Source: Lama glama
Taxonomy: Eukaryota
NCBI GenBank assembly: GCA_028534125.1
Contig: CM052816.1
Location: 78,432,001-78,496,000 of the forward strand
Length of the DNA: 64,000 nt
Direction of reading: 5' to 3'
The translations under genes and the position numbers were made by a program. Position 1 is the first letter of the stretch. Each line of letters begins with the position of its first letter. The notes under the pieces are model-generated. The model had not been told where the DNA came from and did no database searches. It was given only the letters and a program-made list of their open reading frames with translations. Below, piece by piece: positions 1-12,561 of this stretch.

Positions 1-3000
1 ATTCATTTTTTTAATGTCTGAATCAGGCTCTTGTGAGGGAAAGTTTCAGTAACAATTTTTACAATAAGAGAGAACTTAGTATGTTAGAGTAATGAATATT
101 TCTTCATAAATGGGTTCTCTCAGAATTAATTATTTGTTATCTTCTCACCCCTCAATCATATAACTATTTCTACAGATAGGAAAACCTAATAGAAGCTATG
201 TCCTTGACTGGCTTGAGAAGGAAAGAGAATACCACTAGCAAACTTTAATACATCTAATTTTTATGAAAAAATTCTGTTAATGAATCTCTTTAAATCAATT
301 ATCAATGATCTACCAAGCAAAATTTGGACCCCCAAAATTCTATAAATGGAAACCATGGGCAAATTTTTTCAAAATACTGCTCTAAAATCACAACAGCTAA
401 GTATGCCAACTTCTGTAATAAATATTTTCCAAAAATTTCTTAAAAATATCACTAATAGTAATATCTTTACAGAAGCTAAAAATCTTTGAGTTTTTTAGAA
501 AAGTATTTTATATATGTTCAAATGAGCCAAAATAAATTTCTACTGCAGCATTAAGGATTCAAAATATTACAATCAAATCTACTTCACTGAGAATTTCTCA
601 ATTTTATATTTCATAAATTTTGCCAAAAATCCACTCTCAGAAACAGTACTTTCTCTTAGACTTACAACAGCCTAGAGCCCTAAACACAATCCAACTAGAC
701 TGCTCAGTAAAATGCAACCAGCTAACATATTTTAGTGATCAACATTCTGTAGTATAATTAACATAGTAATAACTGAGTTGAAATAATAGCCTCTAATAAT
801 GATCACACAATCATTGACTAATTAAATGAGCACTATGTTTTAAACGTTGTTGACTATTAGAGTTGTTAGATAACTCTTTAAAGGTCATGATCTCAAACAA
901 TAAATGGTATGGGATATTTCTTGAAAGTACTAAGTGCAAGAGATGGAAAACAATACACTATTTAGAAGGAAGTAAGGGGAAGAAGAAAAAAAGTGATCTC
1001 TTCGGATATAAAACTATCATATTTGAGACACTCTGGAATTTTGAAAAACCAAAATTAAATTGTTAAAGTGTGTAATTACTAGTAATAAGCTGTTAACAAC
1101 ACATAAGGCATGTTACTTGATGATCATGCCAGACTTAAGATGGCATAAGTTTATTATTTTAACTTACAGACATATTATACATAGGGTGTACTACGGTAAT
1201 ATTCTGAGTAAAAACATTTTAACCACAAAGGTATTGTTTTTGGCAGTTTTGAAAGTACGTTTAACAGAAGACATTTTAAAATATTTAAAGATTTTACAAA
1301 GGTTATGTTGGTGCCCCCCACTCCCATCCCTCCTTGGCAAGGAAGAAAGAAGGTGATGGCAAAAAGGCTGGGAAGATGACAGAAGCAGGAAATGAGAACA
1401 GAACTGATTCTGAGCCAATCTTGTAACAGGTACCCAGAAAAATAAACGTAAAGAATAAATTAAACAGACATGAATATGAGTGGGTCTCTTTTGGATCTGA
1501 ACAAGAACTAAGTAGTTATTACAAAATTAAGGGAACAATTGAAAATTATGTAGCTTTTGAGCTAGGGTCTACTGGTGGGAACATAAAAAATGAATACGTA
1601 ATTTTAATCTGCACACAAAAGCCTTTTCTAACATGAGATCAATACAGGTTACTCATTCAACAGGCATTTAATATGCTCTTTTTAGGTACTAGGTAATATG
1701 CTAGGTACTAGGAATATACACATATCCCCATAGATATATAAATAAATGTAACAATTTCACTTTACATTTAATATGTTCACACCAAATAAAAAATACGTAA
1801 TCTATAATAGGAGTCATAAATCTATACCCCTACTATTCAGAATTTATCAGCTTAAAGTATATTCAAGGAATTTAAAATTACCCTAAAGAATGAATATTTT
1901 AATTATGGAAATCAGGTAAAATACTTAAATGATGAAATTTTATGGCTCTTCCAAGAAAGTAAAACCTACCAAGAATTCTGGCTCTAGGAATCAACAACAA
2001 AAGTATACCAGCAATATTCAATCTTTACTTAGAAAAACATCAGTATGACAGAATATGTGATCTTCTGTGACTCTCCAAAGACTATCTCAAGTAATATGTA
2101 CTACAAAGGGTCAGTAATCCAAAACTAGGCTTCCTATGTATGTAATTTTTAAAATCCACAATTATGTAACTCTGCTGTTACGAACTTAGTAGCAGAGATC
2201 TAAAATAAAACCAAAACTAGTACATTACTGAAAAACAGATATTAATTCTAAGGTATAAATAAAGCCACAAGATATATACATGGGATCCTGAAATGAATCT
2301 AAGTGTTGATGAAAAGGTCCACTTACTATAATTTCATATATGTTGCTATATGTGTGTGTATATACATACATGCACATGCATACACACAGGCACCGTACTC
2401 TAACAGGCAGACAGCACCCAGATTAGTTACTTACTCACTATCATCAATATATCAGATATATACATTTGTGTTAAAGATACATTTAAGAGAAACACTGGAT
2501 TAGTACTAAAAAGTTTATATTCATAAGTCATGAAACTATATGAGGGGAAAAAACAGGGGAAGAAATACAGCAGTTACTAATTAGGAGCTATATTCATTTC
2601 TTGATGTTCAGTTTTAAGAATTCTTTGTTAGAACACAGCTTAGAAAGCAAGGTTGGCATAAGCTGACAGAGGGCAGGGGAGAAAAAGATGGTCCAGATCA
2701 AGGGGACAAGAGGGTACCACTTTCCATCTTTCCATCTGACTCTTCTAAAATTGTGTAACTATACTTTTCCATAAACCACTTTCAAACTTTCAGTGAAAAT
2801 TAAGACAATCTTTATCTAAAACAAAAGAATTCTAGTGCTAGTCACTACATTCTCACAATCTCTTTTATATAAACAATTCTGAAATATGCATTCAAATTAA
2901 ATACTAAAAGCAATTTATTAATTAAAGCTGAGGTCTTAATTAATTTTTATAGGTCTTACTGCCATAATTTAAAACCAGAAAGCTTCACTAAAACAGTACA

Positions 3001-3249
3001 AATGTTAGTGATTCAGAGGCAATCTTTTTTCATTTTTGAAAGAAAAAACCAAATAAACTAACAGTGAAAAAGTAAACATTTGAGAAGACCAAGTAAGAAT
3101 AAAAACAGATGATTCATGACAAGTTATTTCTTTGAAACGAGTTCTTAGTAGTAATACTATGTTTTCAATGAGCTTTTTTTGATGACAAGGTACAACAGCA
3201 TTTTACAAAAATAATAATCAATACACCGTCTATATTTCCTTATACATTG

Positions 3250-3430
3250 CAGTGCAGTTATAAGACACAACTTTCTGTGAAGATTGCAATGTTCCCTATC
3301 TGCGTTAATAAGGTAGCTACTTGCCACATGCAGCTACAGACGATGCAAATTTCCAACTTTATTCAGTTGAAACTTGAAATTATTTAAATAGTGTTAAGAG
3401 GCTAGTGACTATCATACTGAACAGCACAAC
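3250..3430 (+). mobile_element. MER3-like hAT-Charlie MITE
   Basis: actttctgtgaagattgcaatgttccctatctgc...ggtagctacttgccacatg...ggctagtgactatcatactgaacagcac resembles the recalled MER3 consensus. Confidence 0.65.
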
Positions 3431-4516
3431 TCTAGTTTCATATATGTTTACAATTAAGTATAAATCTAAATTCTTAATGAACTTTTCCACAGAATGTAAA
3501 CTTGAAATAAACTATCACCTCTATTGCCTTAAAAACTGTATCCTAATTGATACTGAACAGATCAAACAGGTCTTAACGACACAGAATCATCAAATTATAC
3601 ATACATATTAAAAACAGTATAGAAAAGAATACAAAATTATATTTTCTGTACAAACTGCCACTGTATTTTCAGCATTTAAGATCTTTTTTTATCTTGTGGA
3701 AACAATACTATTCAGGTAACGAGAGAATTTAACTCAACAATCACGCAAAAAAACCCAAAATCAAAACCAAAAAAAAAACACCCAACCAAACACACCAAAA
3801 AACCTTACAAACTGATAATTTAATCTAATTTAAGAGGTAAATACCATTCCCTATTACTTTCCCATAGAAAAAGACAAAACTATATATTTTTTAAAATAAA
3901 ACATTCTTAACTAACCACTTCCTCCACAAAAAGACGAAATAATCTTTTACATAACTTTCTAAACTATATAAATTCAAACTATTCATCAATAATTAACTTG
4001 GAGATAGGTCTGTGAGAAAATAATATTATGAGACACTTAATACTCTTAAAAGAATTTATAATATTGACTTTTGTATCCCACATAGCTTTACTAAGATATT
4101 AGAAATTAAAATTCAATTCATTACCTCACTGTAGAATGGACTATCTCTACAATCACAATGACTTTAGAAAGTTGTTTAATCCATCTATTTTAATCATCCA
4201 TTCTAATCATTCATTTGAGCAGCCAGCAACTTTCAAAAATATTGAAGTAACAGCAAAAAGAACTTTTTTCTGTGTAACAATAGTAAAAATCATGACTACA
4301 GTGAGTAGTTTAAGTAGAGGTGGGAGAAAAAGAATTTTCATTGAGAACTTTGTATCAATATTACTGCAAATAATTCATTGTTGTTTTATATAAATGCTAT
4401 ATTTTCATACAGTATTTTTTCAATTTTTATAAATTTCCATTTTTTATCCTTAGTAACCCTAAAACTTAAAAGAAAACTGATTAGAATACAGATGACATCA
4501 GAATTAGTATTCTTAC

Positions 4517-6145
4517 CTTTATTTGATTTTGATGGTTTATTCTTGATAGGTTTAAGGGAACTTCTTGATTTATCCTCTCTATCTTTAATAAGTTTCTGAA
4601 CATCATCCAGAGACAGTTTTTGCAGGACAACTACAGGCTTAGCTCCTTTATTTAGGTCTTCAACTAATCCCATTTTTTCTACTTTGTCTTTCTGCTCTCC
4701 TTTCATTTCCATTTTCTTTGTCTCCTGAGTAATATTGCCATCTTTATCCCTCTTGATTTTTGGAATGACAAAATTTTTCAATGCACCAGACCTGCCCCCC
4801 AACAAGTAACTTGGAAATTCTGCCTTATTGTCAGGGTGTGTTTTATTACTGTCTACTTTACTCTTGTTAACCTCTGTCCTTTTGTCATCTTTACTATTTG
4901 GTGATTTAAAACCAGGCTTATCAGGTCTTGATTTGCTAGTATCTCCTTGTTTAACACGAGGACTGTCAGGTCTTGATTTTTGCTCCCCAGAAGACGGTCT
5001 TTCCCTTGAAAGGTCCCCTGATTCATGTCTGTGTTTTCTTTCTAGTTTATCAGCTTTTGAACCATCAGATTTAATGCCATGTTCATTTCTACTAGAGGAT
5101 CTTAATGTTTCTGGTCTTCGAACCCTAGATTGATCCCCTCGATGTCGCTCTGATTCACTCCTGTCAGCTGACTTTTGTTTATTATCATGGTCACGTCTTA
5201 GTGACTCAGAAACAGATCGCCCATCAGGTCTCTGCTTTAAGGCTTCAGCTCGTTCTGATTTTAACCGAGGTGAATCAGATTTAATATCCTGTTTATGTTT
5301 AGACACTTCAGGTTTTTTCTCTGTTGATGGCTTTCCAGAATCCCTCCTATTTTCATGCCTATGTTTTGGTGTTTCAGGCCGACCTTCATTTTTTTGCTTT
5401 GGAGTTTCAGGTCGACCCTCACCTTTCTGCTTTGGAGTTTCAGGCCGTCCATCGCCCTTTTGTTTTGGGGTTTCAGGACGCCCATCACTCTTTTGTTTTG
5501 GAGTCTCAGGTCGGCTTTCACCCTTTTGCTTTGGGGTTTCGGGTCTTGACTTTGTTGTTTCTGATCTGCCATTATTTTGTTTGTTGTCATTTGGTTTTGT
5601 GTCAGACAGTCTATTTTCATTCTGTTTAGGCTCAGCTGTGGTGCTCTCATTTTGTTTGGATTCGATAGTTCTGCTCTCATTCTGTTTAGGTTCTTCTGTT
5701 TGTGTCTCAATTTTAGTTTCTAACTTACTTTCACTAGGTTTTGTCTCTACCAACCTGTTTTCATTTGGTTTAGATTCTGCCAATCTACTTTCATTTTGTT
5801 TCACTTCACTCTTTGAAAGCTCAGGATCAGACTTTTTTTTAGGAGTCTCAGGATGGTTTTCTGGTGTAGATTTAAGATTTCCAATAATATCTTCCTGAAG
5901 AACAGAAATAGGTGCATCATTACAATGTTTGATTTCTTCAGGCTTTTTAATGGAGTCTGAATCCTGAGTTATAGAAGCCTGAGAGTCCACTCTTCCTGCC
6001 TGATGAAGATCAATGCTAACCATTAATGCTGGCCTTGACCCATTTCCCGTAGAACCCGTCTCCTGAGAAGCTGGTCTATTACCTCCTGTAGCACCCCCAG
6101 CCTCCTGTGGGTAAGAATCTTGTTTTCTTTTTTTCAAAGGCTTAT
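4517..6145 (-). CDS. NIPBL: NIPBL exon 10 (1629 nt; DKPLKKRKQDS...KNKPSKSNK), large low-complexity exon with PETPKQK repeats and a PxVxL motif
   Basis: Overlaps the 583-aa ORF 4386..6137; cag acceptor, gtaaga donor, phase 1 to phase 1. The gene continues past the window start. Confidence 0.98.
4623..4637 (-). other. PxVxL motif (PVVVL), HP1 chromoshadow-binding site of NIPBL
   Basis: KPVVVLQKL in the exon 10 translation; known HP1-binding motif in vertebrate NIPBL. Confidence 0.85.
5349..5546 (-). repeat. Coding tandem repeat: six 33-nt units encoding the NIPBL undecapeptide RPETPKQKxxx
   Basis: RPETPKQKGES/RPETPKQKSDG/RPETPKQKGDG/RPETPKQKGEG/RPETPKQKNEG/RPETPKHRHEN in the translation. Confidence 0.95.
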
Positions 6146-9100
6146 CTGAAATTCAAAGATAAATATTCAGTATCAGTAATAGACATATATTCTTATCTTA
6201 TTAAAAACCATATGGACTTTGACTAATTTTTAAAGTCACAATGTTTTTTTTTAATGTGGTGAATGCAAATGTCAATATGCATATATAAGATAGTAGGCAC
6301 AAATGGTATAATACTTTTAAACCCAGGTTTGAGAAAATATTCATGCTTGCTGTATCTCAATAAATATTAGTGACTATAGTATAAGGATCATTTAAACTGC
6401 TAACCTAATAAAAAGTACAAAGAGCCTCAAATCTGCCAACCCACTCAACAGGAAACTAAGCTTTTGCCATGTGAAAAAAAAGTACGGAAAAGAATAAAAC
6501 TTGAGAGAAAAAAGAAATCATGCCACTAGAAAAAAGGTAAGTGAGGAAGTAAGAAAAAAGAAAAAAAAAAGAATTTAACAGCTTATCATTAAACTCTGAT
6601 CTAGAATTCAAATTCTTCAAGGTGTCAATAGCACAAAGGGAATATAAAAGCTAACATACAGTTAGAAGTATATTTAGATAAGAAAACAAGTATAAAAATG
6701 AGAAGCATGTAATAAGATCTTTTTAGATAAATCCTGTCTTAAGCAACTTCACCTGAAGAAAAATGCTTTAGCTCTTCATCAAAGCTCTAGGGGTCTACAT
6801 ATTGGCTCAGTAAGAAATAATTTACAGTATTCTGCAATATAAAGACAAAAATACACACAAGCACAAATCCACCCAAAATAAAAATATCATGGTATTTTTA
6901 ACAGCTATGTATTTCTGTGCATGATTCCACTTGACTGAAGAGGCTCCTAGGTCATTTTTTATAAACTGAATCTATAGTTAGACCTTGCGAATTCTAACAT
7001 TATATATAACTACAACATTACAATACCTTGACGTTTTGCTTGCTTTAGTATTTACTTGATGAATTGCCTGACTGTTAAAAAAGTCATTTTTAATCATTTT
7101 TTTCCAGGAGAATCTTTAGATTCTTGTATAGTATTCATTAATGTGATATCATTTCAGAAAAACATGATTACAAGGCAAAAAGTTAAACTGACCACTAAAA
7201 ACCAACTCCTTATTATTAGGAAACCAGGTTCTGAAAAAGTTTTTAACAAAAGTAATGCTTTTATATACCAAAGTTCCATCATTTTGTTTTCAACGTGAGA
7301 AGTAGCAGTTCATTTCAGCTTAAAATCGAATTGACTATTACTAAAATTTATTTCAGATATTTGCTAGTAATTTTTTGTGGAACTAAGCCACTCTGCTTTT
7401 TCAGTTATGCAGAAGTCATTTCTACTGTCACATATACTCCATTTGCAAAACAACTACTAGATGATAATAATATGTTATCATTAGACTCTTTTCTCTAGTT
7501 AAAAGTAATCTGGTAAGAAGTTATATGAAGCTTTCTGCACCAGTACCTGAGAAAAGCACTCAGAATACTAGATTAGTGTTTATAAAATTCTGTTTTTGAA
7601 TGTTCTGCCATATAAAATAATCTTTATATCTTGAATAATTACCTCATAAATGGGATGCTTTATTACTTTATCCTTTAAACTTTTCTGATGAGCATCTAGA
7701 AAAAAATTTTAAACATCTAGAAATTTAAATAGTATAATCTAAGATTTTTATAGTTTTCAATGAAAAATGCTTTAAGAAAGTCATTAAAATGCTAACCTAA
7801 GCACACTTAAGAACTATAATGACACAGATTTCAGGCATCTGAAGATTTCTCTTAAGAGATCTATGGCCCATCCTTTTATTAATATGATCTGTCTTTCAGA
7901 AAAACATTAAAATACCTTGAAAACTATTTTAAATTTTAAAGGATTACAAAGTACTTAATAATTAATAGATCATCAACCTCCTTCCAATTTATCTTTCACT
8001 ATTAAAATGAAAATTTAGCAAAGAATTTAATTTCAAAGAAATTATCATGTTTAAGATATCAAAGTATATATAGATGCTATGATTATTTATAATAAAAATG
8101 TATGGAAAGCTTTTGCACATGAGTGATGTATTAAGGTCAGGAAAAATCTTACAATTTTTTCCACTATGCATAAAATATTGCTAAATACAAAGTTTTAATT
8201 TTTCAACTAATGAAAAGTACTTCACCTCTTCTGTAAAACCTGGAAACATTTCATTACTGCTGCAAGAATTCGTGAACATGTTAAGAGCATGCAGGTTCTG
8301 ATTCACGTGGTATGAGTCAGTTCCACCATGAACTTATTCCCGTAAAGTGGCTCTAAATCTGCACAGGTCATTTCTGTCTATTCACCTTTATTATCAGTCT
8401 TCACATCATAACCTTCACCTAATGATGGAAAGCCATCTCTATGAAGAATAACTTTAATATTTGGCACACTATTACCTGTAGGCCCTCTTAAGCACTGGGA
8501 ACCATAAGATTAGTTATCAGAATGCATATATTCCTGAAGAAAATGCATACAAAAAGATACCATTATTTTAAGACCAACAACACTTGTTCTTGATGCTGAT
8601 ATTGTGAAAATAAGATCTGGCCCTTAAATAAACTGTGAACTCAATTATGCTTATATCACTTGCTTAAATCTACTAGAAGTGATAACTGAAAACACTTAAA
8701 GCAGAAAGCACAAAAATTGTATACACAATAGCCAATTATAAAAACTGAAAATATCCCATCCCTAAACTACAATACAGGCTAAATGGCTAATTGTCCTATT
8801 CCTGTTCAAAATTCTAGTCTCTTATTCCAAATGACAGTAGGTAAAGTTTTACTTCTTAAAAGGGTTACAGTGTAAGAATATTTTAACATTATAAAAACCA
8901 TTAGTGAAGCTAGGCCATTCCTTATACTTGCTAACATGGAAAGTGGACCTTGGGAAAAGATGAAATAGGCAAAGATAAACAAAGAACCCCCCCCCTTTAA
9001 CAAAAGAAAGCAGGAATTTTCAGCACATGGAGATATTAATGTCTATGGTAGCTCATCCCAGAAGCAAAGATGAATAGCCTTTTAAAATTAATTTATGTAA

Positions 9101-11934
9101 TTACAGATGTTAACAGTTTGAGCAAAGGATTGAGAAAAAAGTCCTTTAGGAATATTACAAAATATTAGGTGGCAGAGAGTTAACCTATCAGTGTATATAA
9201 AACTATCCAAAGAATAGAGAACAAGCCAAAGGGACATAAACATCTGGCAGCCAGAAAAGTGTCTTCTATGTGTGGAACAGAGGTATATTAGGTTACACCA
9301 AAGCCTAGGTAAAATATTTCTTAAGAGTATTCGATCCCATTTCTTAAATTCCATAATTATCAAACAATCATGCTTGCTGAACTTCCTTATCTTATTTACA
9401 AGGTATAGGTTTTTTACTTCTGGTCTATTGAGGGGAATGCTTCATTCATTCATAACAAGTGAATATAATGGGAAACAAGCTCAGAACTTAGAGCAGAGCT
9501 CTTAGTAAAACCATGTAGACCAGAACAGTAGTCTTGTTAGTTCCTTACCACCACCAAAACAATAGTTATAAAAAAGTTCTCAGTGCCAAACTTTAGACTA
9601 CAGTAAATATCAATTTTATAATTTAGTCCTAGAATGTAGTGATAACTAGTGATAAATTCATTTCAAAGAAGTATTTCATCTCTCAAGGGCTGACTATAAA
9701 ACTACCACTTCAGAAAATTTTGCAACATACCAAACCTTTAATCTTTCCATGTAAGTGCTTGTATATAAAACACTATCTCATCACACAATGCAGAAATTGA
9801 ATAAAAATGACATGGTTTTAAGTCAAACGTGTTAGGTGGTACCTAAATTCCAAAGATTTTCAGATAAAGCCATGGGAACATGAAAACAAGTTAGAAATGA
9901 CAGCGCTAATATGAAGTCAGCCAAGTCAGCAAAACCAATTTGGAAAAATCATCTAAATCAAACTGAAAATCGGATAGTTCCAATGAACATTTTTTTCCCT
10001 TAAATCCTTAAAGCACCAGATACCCTCTTAAGTCAACGTATATAGTTTCAAAACTAAGTCAATTTTGCTTCCTCAACTTTTTAGTTATCTGTTATTGTCA
10101 CACCACCACAGACTACAGAGAAAATTGATTAGATAATTAAAAGTAAAACACATATAACAAGTTTCAGAAAGAACAGTATGCTGTTTGATTTTGCTTTATT
10201 CTCCCAAAGAAAAGTTAGTACCCTAAAATAAGTTTGCTACCATGCAATTAGCCCTATTTACTGTCCTTATTTTCGTTCAGTTTTTAAAACTAAAAACTTT
10301 AGTTTCAACAAATGATACAAGAAAAGTTCAAAAAGAGAAATAAAGCTCACCATTTTCTGTTTTTGTTCCTACCAACAATTCAATCATTAAAAATAATTAC
10401 ATTCCTTCTTAAGAACATAACTTTCCAAAACACAGATTAAAATGTCATGCAAAAACTGAGTTCTAAAGGCAATTAATATTTCTTACAATTAATATTGTAA
10501 GAAATCACAATTTTATATGTTTTTTGCAAAACTTTCATAGGATTCAGGAATTTGGGGTAGGTTAATATCATTAAGAGCAGCTGAATAATATTGCTCTGTT
10601 CATTTGATATGCATATATCTTTCACAAGAGGTTACAAGAGGAGATACATCCTGGAACACATGGAGTTATTTCCTGAATTCCACACTAGCAAAGAGAAAAA
10701 GAACAAACAACACTTTATATCATCTTTAATGCTAATGATTTGCTAGTTTAAAACCAAAATAAAATCCAGTTCTCTAGCCAATAAAATGGAGACTTCTAGC
10801 AATCTCTTTGTTTGCATCTGTCATTTATGCATTTAGCAGACCTGTAATACAACAATTACTAAACATAGTCTTTTTTTCCAGTAACTTTATTAAGAAGAGC
10901 CATCATGATAGACAGGAAATATGGCTCTTCAGTATGTTGCTTAGCATAGGAACACAAGTATCTAGAAATGGTTCTGTCACATAATGAGCAAGATCATACT
11001 TAAAAATGAGCTCCACCCAACATCAAGAAGTTTTGTTTTATAATCACCGAAAAGAAACTGTAAGGATTGTAAATCAACCTAGAATATTTAACTACAAAAT
11101 TAAATTATAAAGTATGCTTTGGTTTGGATAGTCAAATATGCATCTGATGCCGTAAAGACATCAAAGTCATAAATTACTAATTTCAATCACTGATTCATTA
11201 GTCTCAAAATTTTCAAGAGATTTTGTACATAATATTCACCAAATAATCAAGAATTTGCAGAAACTTACTTTGATTATAATTTTTTATAAAGCACACAAAA
11301 AGCCCATATACTCATAGAACAAGTATCTTTAAACTCCATCCTAATACACTAGACAAAAGGGAACACTTAACTGTAATTAACAACAAAAGATCCTTGATTC
11401 TTAAGGTTTGCTATTTAACATTAACTTAAATTCTTTCCTAATTTTCTTTTTTTAATTAAAAAGAAAAAGAGAGATGGTAGGATTAGAAACCATGTGAAAA
11501 ATCTGGTTGCATAATAAACGTACACACATAGTTTTCTTAAATATACTGATTCGAAATAATTCTATAGCAATTAACCTTGTCTGGACAGAAAAAAAGGTGA
11601 AGATGCAAAACTATATTAACATGATTTGTGGAAAATGCATGTAACAGAGAAATGTTAATGTTCATTTCTGTAGACAAGCACAGATAAAATCACTTGGTAC
11701 ACAAAAGTGATAGACCTGTGATATAGAATGACCAAATCTCAGTTGTTTTAGATAAAAAAATGAAACTAAGAATTTAACTCCTGAGAGATCAGCATTAGTA
11801 ATAAAAACATAATTGAGGAGAAACATAAAAAATTACAAAATATGAGGAGAAAAGAGTAATTTTAAAGAACTTTTTTGACATTATAATTACATATTTGCCC
11901 AGAGTATGAAGTGGTAGTAATGAGACTATTTTAC

Positions 11935-12561
11935 CTTTATCTTGAACTTCTTTTGAAAAGCGCTCCCTTTCAATAGCTGATTCTCTCTCTATTCGTTCAA
12001 TTTCAGCCAATGCATCCAATTCCACTTCATCATATATAGGTCCCTGTTGTGATACCTGTTGCTGATTCTGTACCACAGAAGTCTGGGGCTGTTTTGTAGC
12101 AACTGAAGTGTTCTGTTGTAAAACAGGCACTTGATTTGCTGGAAGGAATGCTGTTTGTTCTTGCTGCGACAAACACTGAGCAGCATTTAGTGGGCGGTTT
12201 ACATCCTGTGGAGTAATGGGTGTTTTTGAAGACTGTCCCGGGTACTGCACATTAAAAGGAATATCATTTTCTGTAACATTGCTATTTTCCATACCAGAAA
12301 GCATATCCTCTTGCTGGTCCATGTCTGAAGATCTTACACGAGAAAGTCTTAATGTAAGTTTAGTAGAGTCCTTGGATGGAGAGCTAATGATATCATACAT
12401 TGCAGCTTTCTCACTCTGATCTTTTTCATCCTTGCCTAATTTCATTTTCTTTTGCTTCTTTTGTTTTCTTTCTGGAGAATCTAACAAGATGTCTGGTGGA
12501 ACATCTCGAGGTGATGAACAAGGTAGAGACTGAGACTGTAGGATTAAAGGTGGTCTTGATC
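11935..12561 (-). CDS. NIPBL: NIPBL exon 9 (627 nt; GSRPPLILQSQ...ERERFSKEVQDK), including a Gln-rich segment
   Basis: Overlaps ORF 11795..12487; tag acceptor, gtaaaa donor, phase 1 to phase 1. Confidence 0.97.

Noticed and set aside
4386..4516. Hydrophobic tail of the 583-aa ORF (DVICILISFLLSF...) as a possible membrane-anchored isoform
   Set aside because: It lies beyond the canonical AG|gtaaga donor at 4517/4516 and is T-rich intron read-through; no evidence of a terminal exon. The same applies to the tails of the exon 6, 8 and 9 ORFs
1..4516. Search for NIPBL exon 11
   Set aside because: No segment matching the expected downstream peptide was found; it presumably lies outside the window
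5349..5546. Regularly spaced 33-nt repeats resembling a CRISPR array
   Set aside because: Contiguous in-frame coding repeats with no unique spacers, in a mammalian exon, with no cas genes
4828..5898. Several 60-150 aa ORFs antisense to, or in another frame of, exon 10
   Set aside because: Shadow ORFs caused by the biased, repetitive codon usage of exon 10; no independent gene signals
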